NCBI GenBank assembly: GCA_944386345.1 | Contig: CALXAR010000001.1 | Coordinates: 350-64,349, forward strand | Length of the DNA: 64,000 bases | Source: an uncultured Clostridia bacterium | GTDB taxonomy: Bacteria; Bacillota; Clostridia; TANB77; CAG-465 | Reading direction: 5' to 3' | Shown here: positions 39,977 through 49,146 of the stretch, piece by piece | Layout of the letters: each line of letters starts with the position of its first letter | Numbering within the stretch: the stretch's first letter is position 1 | The notes under the pieces: model-generated | What the model saw: the letters and a program-made list of their open reading frames with translations, nothing else | Told to the model about the DNA's origin: nothing | The model's database searches: none | Program-made: the position numbers and the translations under genes

Positions 39977-40005
39977 GTTATACACCGAAATTTGTATAAT
40001 GTCAA
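39977..40005 (-). promoter_or_regulatory. SigmaA-type promoter of the hrcA-grpE-dnaK-dnaJ operon
   Basis: Minus strand TTGACA (40000-40005), 17-nt spacer, TATAAC (39977-39982), located 10 nt upstream of CIRCE. Confidence 0.6.
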
Positions 40006-40049
40006 TAGTTTTTTTAATTAAACTTAATAATTTTTGTGAAAAAAATTTC

Positions 40050-40087
40050 ACAAAAAAGTGCCCTAGAATAATTACATTATTCTAGGG
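40050..40087 (-). terminator. Rho-independent terminator after the adhesin gene
   Basis: ccctagaataa-ttaca-ttattctaggg hairpin, followed on the minus strand by cacTTTTTTgtgaaaTTTTTTT. Confidence 0.65.
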
Positions 40088-40094
40088 TATATTT

Positions 40095-43000
40095 TTATTT
40101 AGATTCTTTCTTCTTCTTAACAATTACAAATACAATTCCAATTATGCAAACTACTGCCACACAAGCTATAGCAATTACTGCTATATCACCTGTATTTGTA
40201 ACCTCAAATATTACTGTATCTGGTGAATTTTCATCTATTGTAAATGTAAGTCCTGTGATATCTTCATCCATCTCATATCCTTCTGGTGGAGTTATCTCTA
40301 CAAATTTGTATGTTCCGTATGGAACGTTATTTATAACATATTCACCATTTTCATTTGTTACAACATCTTTTACTAAATAAATTTTTTCTCCATTTTTATT
40401 TATATATTCTTGTCCATTTTCATCAAGCAATACTATTGTAAATACACATCCTTGTAAAGGATTTCCTGTATCGGCATCGGTCTTTCTTACAATTACTTCA
40501 TCAATTGTCTTTCTCTCATTTTCAACTGTAATTATATCTAGAGTCCATTCACATTTCTCTTCATCATATTTTGCTGTAAATTTTTGTTTTTCATCATTAA
40601 TGTTATACATATCTGGTGCACTTATTTCTTTATAATAATATTCTTGTCCATTCTCAAAATATATTATTGGAATTTCTACAATTCCTTCTTCATTTGTTAC
40701 TCCAGTATATACTAGCTCATCGTTTTCATCTGTAATTTCAAATTTTACCCCTGCCAATACATCTTTTGTGAAAGAATCAATTTTTTGTAATAAACTTGCT
40801 TTCTTTAAAGGCTCTTTTGCTTTTAATAATACAAAATTATCATCTTCATTTATTTCAACTTTTATAACCTCATCAGATAATTCATAACCATATGGAGCAA
40901 TTATTTCTTTTAAATAATATGTTCCTGTAGGCATATCTGGTACATTTATAATACCATCTTCATTAGTTACAAATGTAGCTTCTTTGTCATCTATTGTCAT
41001 AACTGGCTTTGTACATTCCTCATCTGAATAAACTCCATATGTCTTATCAGCTACTCCAAATACCTCAGCTAGATCTTCTAAATCTTTTCTATCGAATTCA
41101 TTTTCAATATCTAGTTCATTCCAAACTGTATCTGGAAATACAATAAGTTCAAATTCTGCAACATCTGCAACATTTGTTATAACTCCATCATTTACAGTTA
41201 AGCTAAGAGTTCTATCTTCTGAATTTATAAACTCTACAGAAAAATCATATTGCTCGTTTGATTTTTCATATGGATTAGAAACATATAACTCTTTAATATA
41301 ATATGTTCCTTCAGGTAAATTTACATTACTAGCTACATTATTGTTATCGTCCATTACCATTATATCAACAAGTTCATCCTGTCCTAAAACATTTTCATCA
41401 TTATAATTTTTTAGAGAGTTTCTTGTATATATTCCAAATATAGCTTCTTGACCTTCTATTTTAAATCTAGAATTCTCTAACTCTTTAAATTCCTTTTTAA
41501 AACTTAAATTTACATCTTGTCTTTCATTCTCTAGTTGTGTATCTACATATTGAACCTTTTCATATTGATTTGTATACACTATATCTAGATTAACTGGTTG
41601 CGAAGAAATAATATATCCATTTGGTGTACTTACTTCTTCTAGCACATATTTTCCTAAATATACCTCAGATGTATTTGCAAGTCCATCTTTATCTGTAATA
41701 TCATTTGATACAACTTGACCTTTAGTATATCTAATAGTTCCTTCTGGTGTTGTAATATCTTCTGCTGCGACTAATCTAAATGATACATCCTCTAAACCTC
41801 TTAATTCATATACAGGAGTATTTAAATACCCATACTCTGTATTAGTTCTATCAGCTCTTATAAATTGCTCTGCTAATTTTTCTATATTAACTACTGCCTT
41901 TTGTGGTGTATTATACAAAGTTGCTGTATAAGAATACATTTTTGTAGGAGTATTATCATATATAACTTCTTCATAGGCTAAAACTTCTTCTGTTCCATCA
42001 TGATAAACTTTTACATCACCATTTTCAGCCACTCCAACAGTAAATTCATATCCTTTTGCTCCCTCTCTTAGATTATCATCTAGGTAATATCCTTCAGGAG
42101 CCTTTATTTCATAGATCACATAATTTCCAGCTTCTAAGTGTCTATTAAAAGTCAACTGGCCCTTATCATTTGTTGTAAATTCTGAAATATATTCACCTGA
42201 TGGAAAACTCATTTCTTCATACCATTTTTGATTATCTGCATCCCAAATTTTAAATGTTGCTCCACCTGGTATAAGCTTAGAAGTCTCACTATCTCTTATT
42301 TCAATAGATAATTTCATTCTTACATATTCATCATTTAAAATGTATTTTTGAACTTGTCCATCATAAGTTATCTCTGTCTGTTGCTTATCGATAAAGATAT
42401 GTTCTCCTGAATTACTTGCTTTTACTTCTGAAATTGTATATTTACCATAAGGTATTGTATATGGATATTCATCTTTATAATCATCATCTATGAACTCTAA
42501 ATATCCATTTTCATCTACTGTTGCCTCATAATACTTATCTGGATTTGAATTTAAAGTAAGTCTTAAAACTGCGCCTTCTGCTGGTGAATCTTGAGTTGAG
42601 TCACTTTCATTATTATATTTTATAACGTTAATTGAACCTTTAATAACTTCATCTTTTGATGTTATTGTATGATAGCTATATTCTTCTGTTTGTGATGCTG
42701 GGTCTTGTGATACTGTATATACGTTTTCATCTAACAAGTATCCTTCTGGCGCTTCAGTCTCTTTTACATAGTATGTTCCACTTAAGTACCAACCACTTGT
42801 TGCACTATATGTTCCATTTTCATTTTTTTGAATTGCTATTGTCTCTACTTCATCTGTGCAATCTGCATCTTTATATATTGTGTATTTTGCTCCTTCTAAG
42901 TGAGCATCTCCTTGTGTTGTTGCTCCTGTCTCTATATCTTCTTTATATATTGTAATTTGCATTTTTTTTGCTACATCTGTTATATCTTCATATTTATATG

Positions 43001-45389
43001 ACTCACTCTCAGAGCTATCTAATTCTATAAACTGTTCAAATGTAGTTACTCTTTCTTGTGAATCTTCTATATAAAATTCCCCATTATATGCTATATCTGG
43101 TACTGTACTTTCTCTTAATGTATATGTTCCATATGGTAAATCTTCAATTATACAATATCCATTTGCATCTGTTTCTGTTGAATAATATACTTTACTTGTA
43201 TCACTATTTAGTGTTGCACTAAATACAGCTCCTGCTAAGCTTTGTTTTTCGGTTGAATCTGTTTCTTCTAGATTCTTCACAATTTCTATACTATTTCTTT
43301 TTACCTCATCTTTTGATGTTACTGTATGATAGCTATATTCTTCTGTTTGTGATGCCGGGTCTTGTGAAACAGTGTATACATTCTCATCTAACAAGTATCC
43401 TTCTGGCGCTTCAGTCTCTTTTACATAGTATGTTCCACTCAAGTACCAACCGCTTGTTGCACTATATGTTCCATCTTCATTTTTTTGAATTGCTATTGTC
43501 TCTACTTCATCTGTGCAATCTGCATCTTTATATATAGTATATTTTGCTCCTTCTAAGTGAGCATCTCCTTGTGTTGTTGCTCCTGTCTCTATATCTTCTT
43601 TATATATTGTAATTTGCATTTTCTTTGCTACATCTTCAATACTATACGATAATTCCTGCTCACTATTTATATCTATAGTAAAGTTATTAATAACGTCTGA
43701 TGAGCCGTTTAAGTAAAAATTACCAGCATATGCTAAATCTGGCACAACTTCTTCTACAATCGTATAATTTCCAAATGGTACTCCTAAGATAACACAGTTA
43801 CCATTTTTATCTGTATATGTAGAGAAATACTCTCTATCTGGATTTGCATATTCTACTTGTTCAGCAAAATTATTAACTGTTAGTTTAAATCTTGCCCCCT
43901 CTAGATTTTGAGCATCGCTCGAATCTGTAGCCTCTAGAGTCTTTGTCAAATTAATATTTACTCTTATAAGATCATATACATATGTAACTTCAATTGTATT
44001 TTTATTCATTGTTCCGGTAGTATCACCACTGACATCTACTAGCTCATATGCGTAAATATCTTTTTCTTGAGTTTCATATGGATCCAAATAGTTTCCGTTT
44101 ATTACAACATCATCAGCAATCTTTACTCCCTGTTTATTTACATAGTGTACTACTACTTTAGATTTTAAAGTAGAAGTAACTGTATTTGATTCAAGCACAT
44201 GTAAATTATTTATTGTTGTACTAGCTTTATCGGTAACTGTAGCAGAAGTAGAATTATTATTTACTTTTGTGTTAATTTCAAATTTATATACTTGGCCATT
44301 ATACGCCATATTATTTAAATAATTGCTATTAAAAGTATAAGTAAGCTGTCTTGTTTGAGAATTATATCCAACAGTTCCTGCAGAAGCTGTAATATCCGCA
44401 CCATTTTCATTATATACTTTTAAAGAATTATATGTTAAATTCGAATCAATTGTATCTTTAAATACTAAAGAAGAATAATGAAAATCATCATCAAATCTCT
44501 CTGATATTTTTTGCTCTATAGTATAAATTAAAGTATCACCTAATTCTGTTTCTGCTTTGTCAACGCTTTTTACCGGATCTGAAGGCAAAGTGGCAGTTAA
44601 TGGTGTGTATTGTAAATGATAACCAATACCTGTTTTTTGATTAAGACCATAAAGCTCTACTTGTAAATGATCAGTACTACCATATCTAAATGCTACACAG
44701 TTAAGAGAACCAGCTTCTGTATTACCATCTGCAGTTCCATAGTATACATTATTAAATACTCTACCTGTATATGATTGCAAAGTCTGAGCATATGCCATAT
44801 GTGTTGTTGTATACAAATACTCCTCTTTAGATGTAGAAGATGATGCTCCCTCGTTTTGGTCTTCAGAGAATATAGACAAATATGCTGTATCTATATTAAT
44901 TGGTGTATTTGAATCTGTATAATAAAAATACACATCAATTTTTAAATGCTCAACATTGCTATACCACCATTCATTGGTAGACTTCATTACGCTACCAAAT
45001 GCAGACCAATAAAGATATGAGCCACTATTGCTTGTTATAATATCTGAATAAATCAATTTCATATTAATAGGTTTTCCATTTAAAGTACCGCAATTTTTAA
45101 AGTCAACTGTTATAGTTGAATTTAAAGTCTTTCCTCTATATGAGTCTGGAAAATCAATTCTTCTAATTGGCTCTCCACTAGAACAAGCTCCATCACTAAT
45201 TGTATACCTTTCACTACCTGATACAGAAAGTGTAGGTAATGATGTATAGTTTAATATTAAATTATCAAAGGTACTAGGTGTAAACAAATATTGTGAGTCT
45301 ATAGTTGTATAAGCTTTTACTTCATTTGAACCAATTATGCAAAAAGCTACAACTAGTATTAGTGATAATAATACCCTTACTTTTTTCAT
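40095..45389 (-). CDS. Giant cell-surface adhesin-like protein with signal peptide, multiple Cna-B/prealbumin-like repeat domains and C-terminal TM anchor with KKKK tail
   Basis: 1764 aa. Signal peptide MKKVRVLLSLILVVAFCIIGSNEVKA. Repeated motifs YYVKETEAPEGYLLD / YYLKEIIAPYGYEL / YVLEEVSTPNGYII are typical of Cna B-type domains. C-terminus ...VTNTGDIAVIAIACVAVVCIIGIVFVIVKKKKESK. Confidence 0.7.
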   Translation of the reverse strand: MKKVRVLLSLILVVAFCIIGSNEVKAYTTIDSQYLFTPSTFDNLILNYTSLPTLSVSGSERYTISDGACSSGEPIRRIDFPDSYRGKTLNSTITVDFKNCGTLNGKPINMKLIYSDIITSNSGSYLYWSAFGSVMKSTNEWWYSNVEHLKIDVYFYYTDSNTPINIDTAYLSIFSEDQNEGASSSTSKEEYLYTTTHMAYAQTLQSYTGRVFNNVYYGTADGNTEAGSLNCVAFRYGSTDHLQVELYGLNQKTGIGYHLQYTPLTATLPSDPVKSVDKAETELGDTLIYTIEQKISERFDDDFHYSSLVFKDTIDSNLTYNSLKVYNENGADITASAGTVGYNSQTRQLTYTFNSNYLNNMAYNGQVYKFEINTKVNNNSTSATVTDKASTTINNLHVLESNTVTSTLKSKVVVHYVNKQGVKIADDVVINGNYLDPYETQEKDIYAYELVDVSGDTTGTMNKNTIEVTYVYDLIRVNINLTKTLEATDSSDAQNLEGARFKLTVNNFAEQVEYANPDREYFSTYTDKNGNCVILGVPFGNYTIVEEVVPDLAYAGNFYLNGSSDVINNFTIDINSEQELSYSIEDVAKKMQITIYKEDIETGATTQGDAHLEGAKYTIYKDADCTDEVETIAIQKNEDGTYSATSGWYLSGTYYVKETEAPEGYLLDENVYTVSQDPASQTEEYSYHTVTSKDEVKRNSIEIVKNLEETDSTEKQSLAGAVFSATLNSDTSKVYYSTETDANGYCIIEDLPYGTYTLRESTVPDIAYNGEFYIEDSQERVTTFEQFIELDSSESESYKYEDITDVAKKMQITIYKEDIETGATTQGDAHLEGAKYTIYKDADCTDEVETIAIQKNENGTYSATSGWYLSGTYYVKETEAPEGYLLDENVYTVSQDPASQTEEYSYHTITSKDEVIKGSINVIKYNNESDSTQDSPAEGAVLRLTLNSNPDKYYEATVDENGYLEFIDDDYKDEYPYTIPYGKYTISEVKASNSGEHIFIDKQQTEITYDGQVQKYILNDEYVRMKLSIEIRDSETSKLIPGGATFKIWDADNQKWYEEMSFPSGEYISEFTTNDKGQLTFNRHLEAGNYVIYEIKAPEGYYLDDNLREGAKGYEFTVGVAENGDVKVYHDGTEEVLAYEEVIYDNTPTKMYSYTATLYNTPQKAVVNIEKLAEQFIRADRTNTEYGYLNTPVYELRGLEDVSFRLVAAEDITTPEGTIRYTKGQVVSNDITDKDGLANTSEVYLGKYVLEEVSTPNGYIISSQPVNLDIVYTNQYEKVQYVDTQLENERQDVNLSFKKEFKELENSRFKIEGQEAIFGIYTRNSLKNYNDENVLGQDELVDIMVMDDNNNVASNVNLPEGTYYIKELYVSNPYEKSNEQYDFSVEFINSEDRTLSLTVNDGVITNVADVAEFELIVFPDTVWNELDIENEFDRKDLEDLAEVFGVADKTYGVYSDEECTKPVMTIDDKEATFVTNEDGIINVPDMPTGTYYLKEIIAPYGYELSDEVIKVEINEDDNFVLLKAKEPLKKASLLQKIDSFTKDVLAGVKFEITDENDELVYTGVTNEEGIVEIPIIYFENGQEYYYKEISAPDMYNINDEKQKFTAKYDEEKCEWTLDIITVENERKTIDEVIVRKTDADTGNPLQGCVFTIVLLDENGQEYINKNGEKIYLVKDVVTNENGEYVINNVPYGTYKFVEITPPEGYEMDEDITGLTFTIDENSPDTVIFEVTNTGDIAVIAIACVAVVCIIGIVFVIVKKKKESK
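42661..42980. repeat. Intragenic direct repeat copy A (about 320 bp, about 96% identical to copy B at 43318-43637)
   Basis: Sequence gttattgtatgatagctatattcttctgtttgtgatgctgggtcttgtga... recurs 657 bp downstream with only scattered substitutions. Encodes AKKMQITIYKEDIETGATTQGDAHLEGAKYTIYKDADCTDEVETIAIQKNE[D/N]GTYSATSGWYLSGTYYVKETEAPEGYLLDENVYTVSQDPASQTEEYSYHT. Confidence 0.85.
43318..43637. repeat. Intragenic direct repeat copy B
   Basis: See copy A. The two spurious plus-strand ORFs at 42656 and 43253 with near-identical translations are a by-product of this repeat. Confidence 0.85.
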
Positions 45390-45528
45390 ATATCTCCTCT
45401 CTCCTTTTTTACAAAATACTACAATTATATATTATCTAAAAAAATAACAATTTTCAACACATAATTTATAATTAGCAAAAAATAAAGAAGAGGTACTATA
45501 TTTTCTACCTCTTCCATTTATGTCCAAT

Positions 45529-46848
45529 TTATTTTATAATTTCTTTAATTATATCATCTACAGACAATAATTCCTGACTTCCTGTAGACATATCTTTTAA
45601 TGTATACAGTCCTTTTTCTACTTCTTCTTCGCCTATTATAATTACATATGGTATCTCAAGATTATTTGCATAGTTAAGTTTAGCCTTAATCTTTGCATCT
45701 TCCTTATATATTTCATTTGGTATATTATTATCTCTTAATATATTTGATATTTCTACTGCATTTTCAAGTCCTACTCCCATTGTAACTATACTTACTTTAG
45801 AAATAGACTTTTTGTCAGTATTAAGAAGACCAAGCTCTTTTAAGTTATAAAAAAGTCTTGTAAATCCAATAGATATTCCTACGCCTGGTAAATTTTTCTT
45901 AGTATAATATCCTGCAAGATTCTCATATCTTCCACCAGAGCATATGCTTCCAATTGACTCATATCCTTTTAAATTTGTCTCATAAACTGTTCCAGTGTAA
46001 TAATCAAGACCTCTTGCAATAGTTAGATCTATCATAAAATTTTCTTCTTCTACTTTAAATAATCTAACATATTTTACAACTTCTTCAAGCTCTTGCACAC
46101 CCTCTTTAAACTTTTCGCTTTCAAAACCAAGTGCTTTTAATTTATTAATTTTTTCGTCTGTTGTTCCAGATATATTTAAAAAATCTTCAATTTTGTTTAT
46201 ATTCTCAGCACTTACATTTAACTCAGACAATTCTTTTTTTACTGCTTCCATTCCAATTTTTTCAAGTTTATCTATAATAATTAGGATATCAGTCATCTTA
46301 TCTGATATATCTAGCTCTTCAAACAAGCCATTAAGTATTTTTCTATTATTTATTTTTATAACAAAGTTAGAAAATCCTAAATTTTTAAATGTAGTACTTA
46401 TAATACTTGGGATTTCCGCGTCATTTATTACACTTAATTTTCCGTCTCCAATTATATCTATATCACACTGATAAAACTCTCTATATCTTCCTTTTTGTGC
46501 TCTTTCTCCTCTATAAACCTTTCCGATTTGATATCTTCTGTATGGAAAAGTAAGCTCGTTATAATACTGCGCTACATATTTAGCTAAAGGAACTGTTAAA
46601 TCAAATCTTAAGCTTAAGTCCTTATCTCCTTTTTTAAAAGAATATATTTGCTTTTCTGTTTCTCCTCCTGCTTTTGCAAGTAATACTTCTGATGACTCAA
46701 CAATTGGAGTCTCTTGTGGTAAAAAACCATATAACTCATATGTCTTTTTAATTTTATCTAGCATTTCATTAAACTTTATTTGATCCTGTGGCAAAAGCTC
46801 CATAAATCCACTTAATGTTCTTGGCTCTACTCTTTTAATATCTTCCAT
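45529..46848 (-). CDS. hisS: Histidine--tRNA ligase
   Basis: Class-II motif 2 YRGERAQKGRYREFYQCDIDIIG, motif 3 CSGGRYENL, C-terminal anticodon-binding domain. RBS AAGGAGAG. Confidence 0.85.
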   Translation of the reverse strand: MEDIKRVEPRTLSGFMELLPQDQIKFNEMLDKIKKTYELYGFLPQETPIVESSEVLLAKAGGETEKQIYSFKKGDKDLSLRFDLTVPLAKYVAQYYNELTFPYRRYQIGKVYRGERAQKGRYREFYQCDIDIIGDGKLSVINDAEIPSIISTTFKNLGFSNFVIKINNRKILNGLFEELDISDKMTDILIIIDKLEKIGMEAVKKELSELNVSAENINKIEDFLNISGTTDEKINKLKALGFESEKFKEGVQELEEVVKYVRLFKVEEENFMIDLTIARGLDYYTGTVYETNLKGYESIGSICSGGRYENLAGYYTKKNLPGVGISIGFTRLFYNLKELGLLNTDKKSISKVSIVTMGVGLENAVEISNILRDNNIPNEIYKEDAKIKAKLNYANNLEIPYVIIIGEEEVEKGLYTLKDMSTGSQELLSVDDIIKEIIK

Positions 46849-46887
46849 TTTAATCTCTCCTTCTTTATAAATCTCTGTTTTTTATAA

Positions 46888-46921
46888 CAAAAAAACACGT
46901 AAGTTTTTTGGCCTTACGTGT
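46888..46921 (-). terminator. Intrinsic terminator inside the hisS 5' leader (attenuator terminator)
   Basis: Minus strand acacgtaag-gccaaaaaa-cttacgtgt followed by TTTTTTT, 40 nt upstream of the hisS RBS. Confidence 0.7.
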
Positions 46922-46976
46922 AAATATATCACACATCAGGCACAACAAACTATGCCTGAGTTTATCTTCTTTCGAA

Positions 46977-47015
46977 TTAAAACGCAGACATAGAATAAAT
47001 ATGATGATGTGCCAT
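46977..47015 (-). CDS. Candidate hisS leader peptide MAHHHIYSMSAF (12 aa) with three consecutive His codons
   Basis: Minus strand ATG GCA CAT CAT CAT ATT TAT TCT ATG TCT GCG TTT TAA. A hairpin tcaggca-N10-tgcctga (plus 46936-46959) lies between it and the terminator. Confidence 0.35.
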   Translation of the reverse strand: MAHHHIYSMSAF

Positions 47016-47131
47016 TGTGTTTAAATTTCTTAGTATACTCATTTTTATTCTACTCCTTTCTAAACTATGATAATATTATACATTAATTATGTTACTTTGT
47101 CAACGAACAGAAATAATAAAATGTCAAAGCG

Positions 47132-47479
47132 TTACAATATATAAAATATAATAGTCAATATAAAATATACTAATATTAAAAGCAAAAAAGTATAAAACGT
47201 AATACAAGATGCCATTATTAAATTAGAAATTAATCTATTTTTTCTATATTTATTACAGCTAATTTTAAATAGACATAGACTAAGCAAAATAATAGATGAA
47301 AAAAAGATTAAGCAAATTGGAAACATAAAGCAAATATTCCAGATGCTATCTATAGAATATATATTATTTATATATACAATAAATAAAAATATCGCTATTC
47401 CAAGTAAAATAAAGTTTCTCATAAGTCCTGTTGCGCTATTTACTAACAATTTATACTCATTATATTCTTCTTTATCCAT
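47132..47479 (-). CDS. Small polytopic membrane protein (hypothetical), last gene of the phosphodiesterase operon
   Basis: 115 aa, 3-4 hydrophobic helices. 9-nt gap to the upstream phosphoesterase gene. Confidence 0.4.
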   Translation of the reverse strand: MDKEEYNEYKLLVNSATGLMRNFILLGIAIFLFIVYINNIYSIDSIWNICFMFPICLIFFSSIILLSLCLFKISCNKYRKNRLISNLIMASCITFYTFLLLILVYFILTIIFYIL

Positions 47480-47488
47480 TTCTACACC

Positions 47489-48259
47489 TTACCTTTTTAT
47501 ATAAACTCCAGTTTCAAATTCTCTAATTGCCATATCTTTATTTGGCATTTCACTTTTTTTTAGTAATTCAATTTCTTTTTCATAATCATATGGTATTTTT
47601 ACAATCTCAAAATCAAACTCTCCTGATTCTTTTGAATTATACTCTCCTTCTAATATTAGATAAGATGATAAAACATAGTTTTTACTATTTTTTTTAATTA
47701 TATCACATCCATTTGAAACACTACCAGAATTAATGGCAATCTTATTTTTTCCATTTCTATATACAAAAGGTGAATGTATATGACCAAAAATAACAATATC
47801 TGGCTCTTTGGCTCCTACATTTTGTAAAAAATCCGAGTTTTCAAAAAGCCTATCTATTTTATTTTCTAATTTTTCATCTATTTTATAATACTCAATTGAT
47901 TTATATATAGTATCAGGACTTGCATGTATTAATCTAATTTTTAAACCACTCATATAAAAATCAAAGTATAATGGTAAGTTATCTAAAAATTTCAAATTTT
48001 CCTTCGTTATATTATCACGATTCCAAAAGTGCTCTTTGGTTTTACATCTATTAACAATCAAATCATCACAATTTCCCTTAATAATTATTTCACAATTTTC
48101 TTTTATTAGATCAATAGTTTCGTTTGGACAAGGACCTTTAGCAACCAAATCTCCTAAGCAAAATATTCTATTTATCCCTCTTGATTTTATATTTTCAATT
48201 ACTTCCTTAGTTGCTAAAAAGCTTCCATGTAAATCAGATATAATAGCTATTCTTTCCAT
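47489..48259 (-). CDS. YfcE/MJ0936-family Mn-dependent phosphodiesterase (calcineurin-like) with C-terminal extension, paralog B
   Basis: IAIISDLHG (DxH), CLGDLV (GD), KGNCDD (GNCD, the YfcE-type variant of GNHD), FGHIHSP. 256 aa versus about 185 aa for canonical YfcE. Confidence 0.7.
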   Translation of the reverse strand: MERIAIISDLHGSFLATKEVIENIKSRGINRIFCLGDLVAKGPCPNETIDLIKENCEIIIKGNCDDLIVNRCKTKEHFWNRDNITKENLKFLDNLPLYFDFYMSGLKIRLIHASPDTIYKSIEYYKIDEKLENKIDRLFENSDFLQNVGAKEPDIVIFGHIHSPFVYRNGKNKIAINSGSVSNGCDIIKKNSKNYVLSSYLILEGEYNSKESGEFDFEIVKIPYDYEKEIELLKKSEMPNKDMAIREFETGVYIKR

Positions 48260-49071
48260 TAGTTTCTTACCGCCTCTTCATTTAAATTCTTTCTATTAAA
48301 ATATTTTCCATCATGTATTTCTTCATATGCTTTTTCTTTATTGGGCATATTAGAGTTTAATATATTATTTGCCTCTTTAATATAATCATATGTAAATTTT
48401 ACAAATTTATATGATATTTGAGAAATACTCCTGCTATTAAATTCTCCTTCAATTATTAAATATGAACCATAGCAATAGTTTTCTCCATTAATACATATAA
48501 TCTCACTAGAGTTTGATACTGCTCCTGGATTAATAATCATCTTGTCTTTTATTCTATACAAAAAATGTTTATGAATGTGTCCAAATATAACAATGTCCGG
48601 AATATCTTCATCAATATTATTAAGATATTCTGTATTATCAAACATGCGCTCAAATCTTTGTGGAAATTCTTTATCAAATTTCCAATAATTAGCTTTTTCA
48701 CGAACGCTATATGGACTTGCATGTATTAGTCTTATTTTATATCCACTCATATAAAAATCATATGATAAAGGTAAATTCTTAATTATATCAATTTGATTTT
48801 TGCTTAATTTATCTTTATTCCAAAAATGCTCATCAATAATAGGCTCTGTTGTTACTCTTAATTCACAATTTCCTTGAATTACAACTTCACATTCTTTTAA
48901 AACAGTCTCAACGCATTCTCTAGGCTCTGAGCATTTAATAAGCATATCTCCTAAACAAAATATTCTCTTTATTCCTTTTTCTTTTATATCTTTAAGTACT
49001 GCCTTTAAAGCAGTAATGTTTCCATGTATATCAGAAATTATTGCAATCTTTTCCATATCTATCCTCCACAC
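48259..49071 (-). CDS. YfcE/MJ0936-family phosphodiesterase, paralog A (start/stop overlap with paralog B)
   Basis: IAIISDIHG, CLGDML, QGNCE, FGHIHKH. 270 aa; about 35% identical to paralog B over the full length. Confidence 0.7.
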   Translation of the reverse strand: MWRIDMEKIAIISDIHGNITALKAVLKDIKEKGIKRIFCLGDMLIKCSEPRECVETVLKECEVVIQGNCELRVTTEPIIDEHFWNKDKLSKNQIDIIKNLPLSYDFYMSGYKIRLIHASPYSVREKANYWKFDKEFPQRFERMFDNTEYLNNIDEDIPDIVIFGHIHKHFLYRIKDKMIINPGAVSNSSEIICINGENYCYGSYLIIEGEFNSRSISQISYKFVKFTYDYIKEANNILNSNMPNKEKAYEEIHDGKYFNRKNLNEEAVRN

Positions 49072-49146
49072 AAATTATATCATAACAATTTGCAATTTTA
49101 AAGAAAAAGGATATGATAGAATCTATCATATCCTAATTATATAATT

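Noticed and set aside
42656-43537. Two plus-strand ORFs (42656-42955 and 43253-43537) with near-identical Leu/His-rich translations
   Set aside because: They are antisense read-through of the two copies of the intragenic adhesin repeat. The identity reflects the DNA repeat, not a real gene pair. They have no RBS and low-complexity translations.
45329-45389. LPXTG sortase signal on the 1764-aa surface protein
   Set aside because: No LPxTG/SPxTG/NPQTN motif is present. The only motif-like sequence before the C-terminal helix is VTNTG. It is reported as non-canonical and not called a sortase substrate.
46849-47131. T-box riboswitch upstream of hisS
   Set aside because: Length and terminator fit a T-box leader. 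However, the conserved T-box sequence (AAUUAGGGUGGNACCGCG) and the UGGN acceptor-pairing bulge are not present on either strand. It is kept only as an alternative in the attenuator finding.
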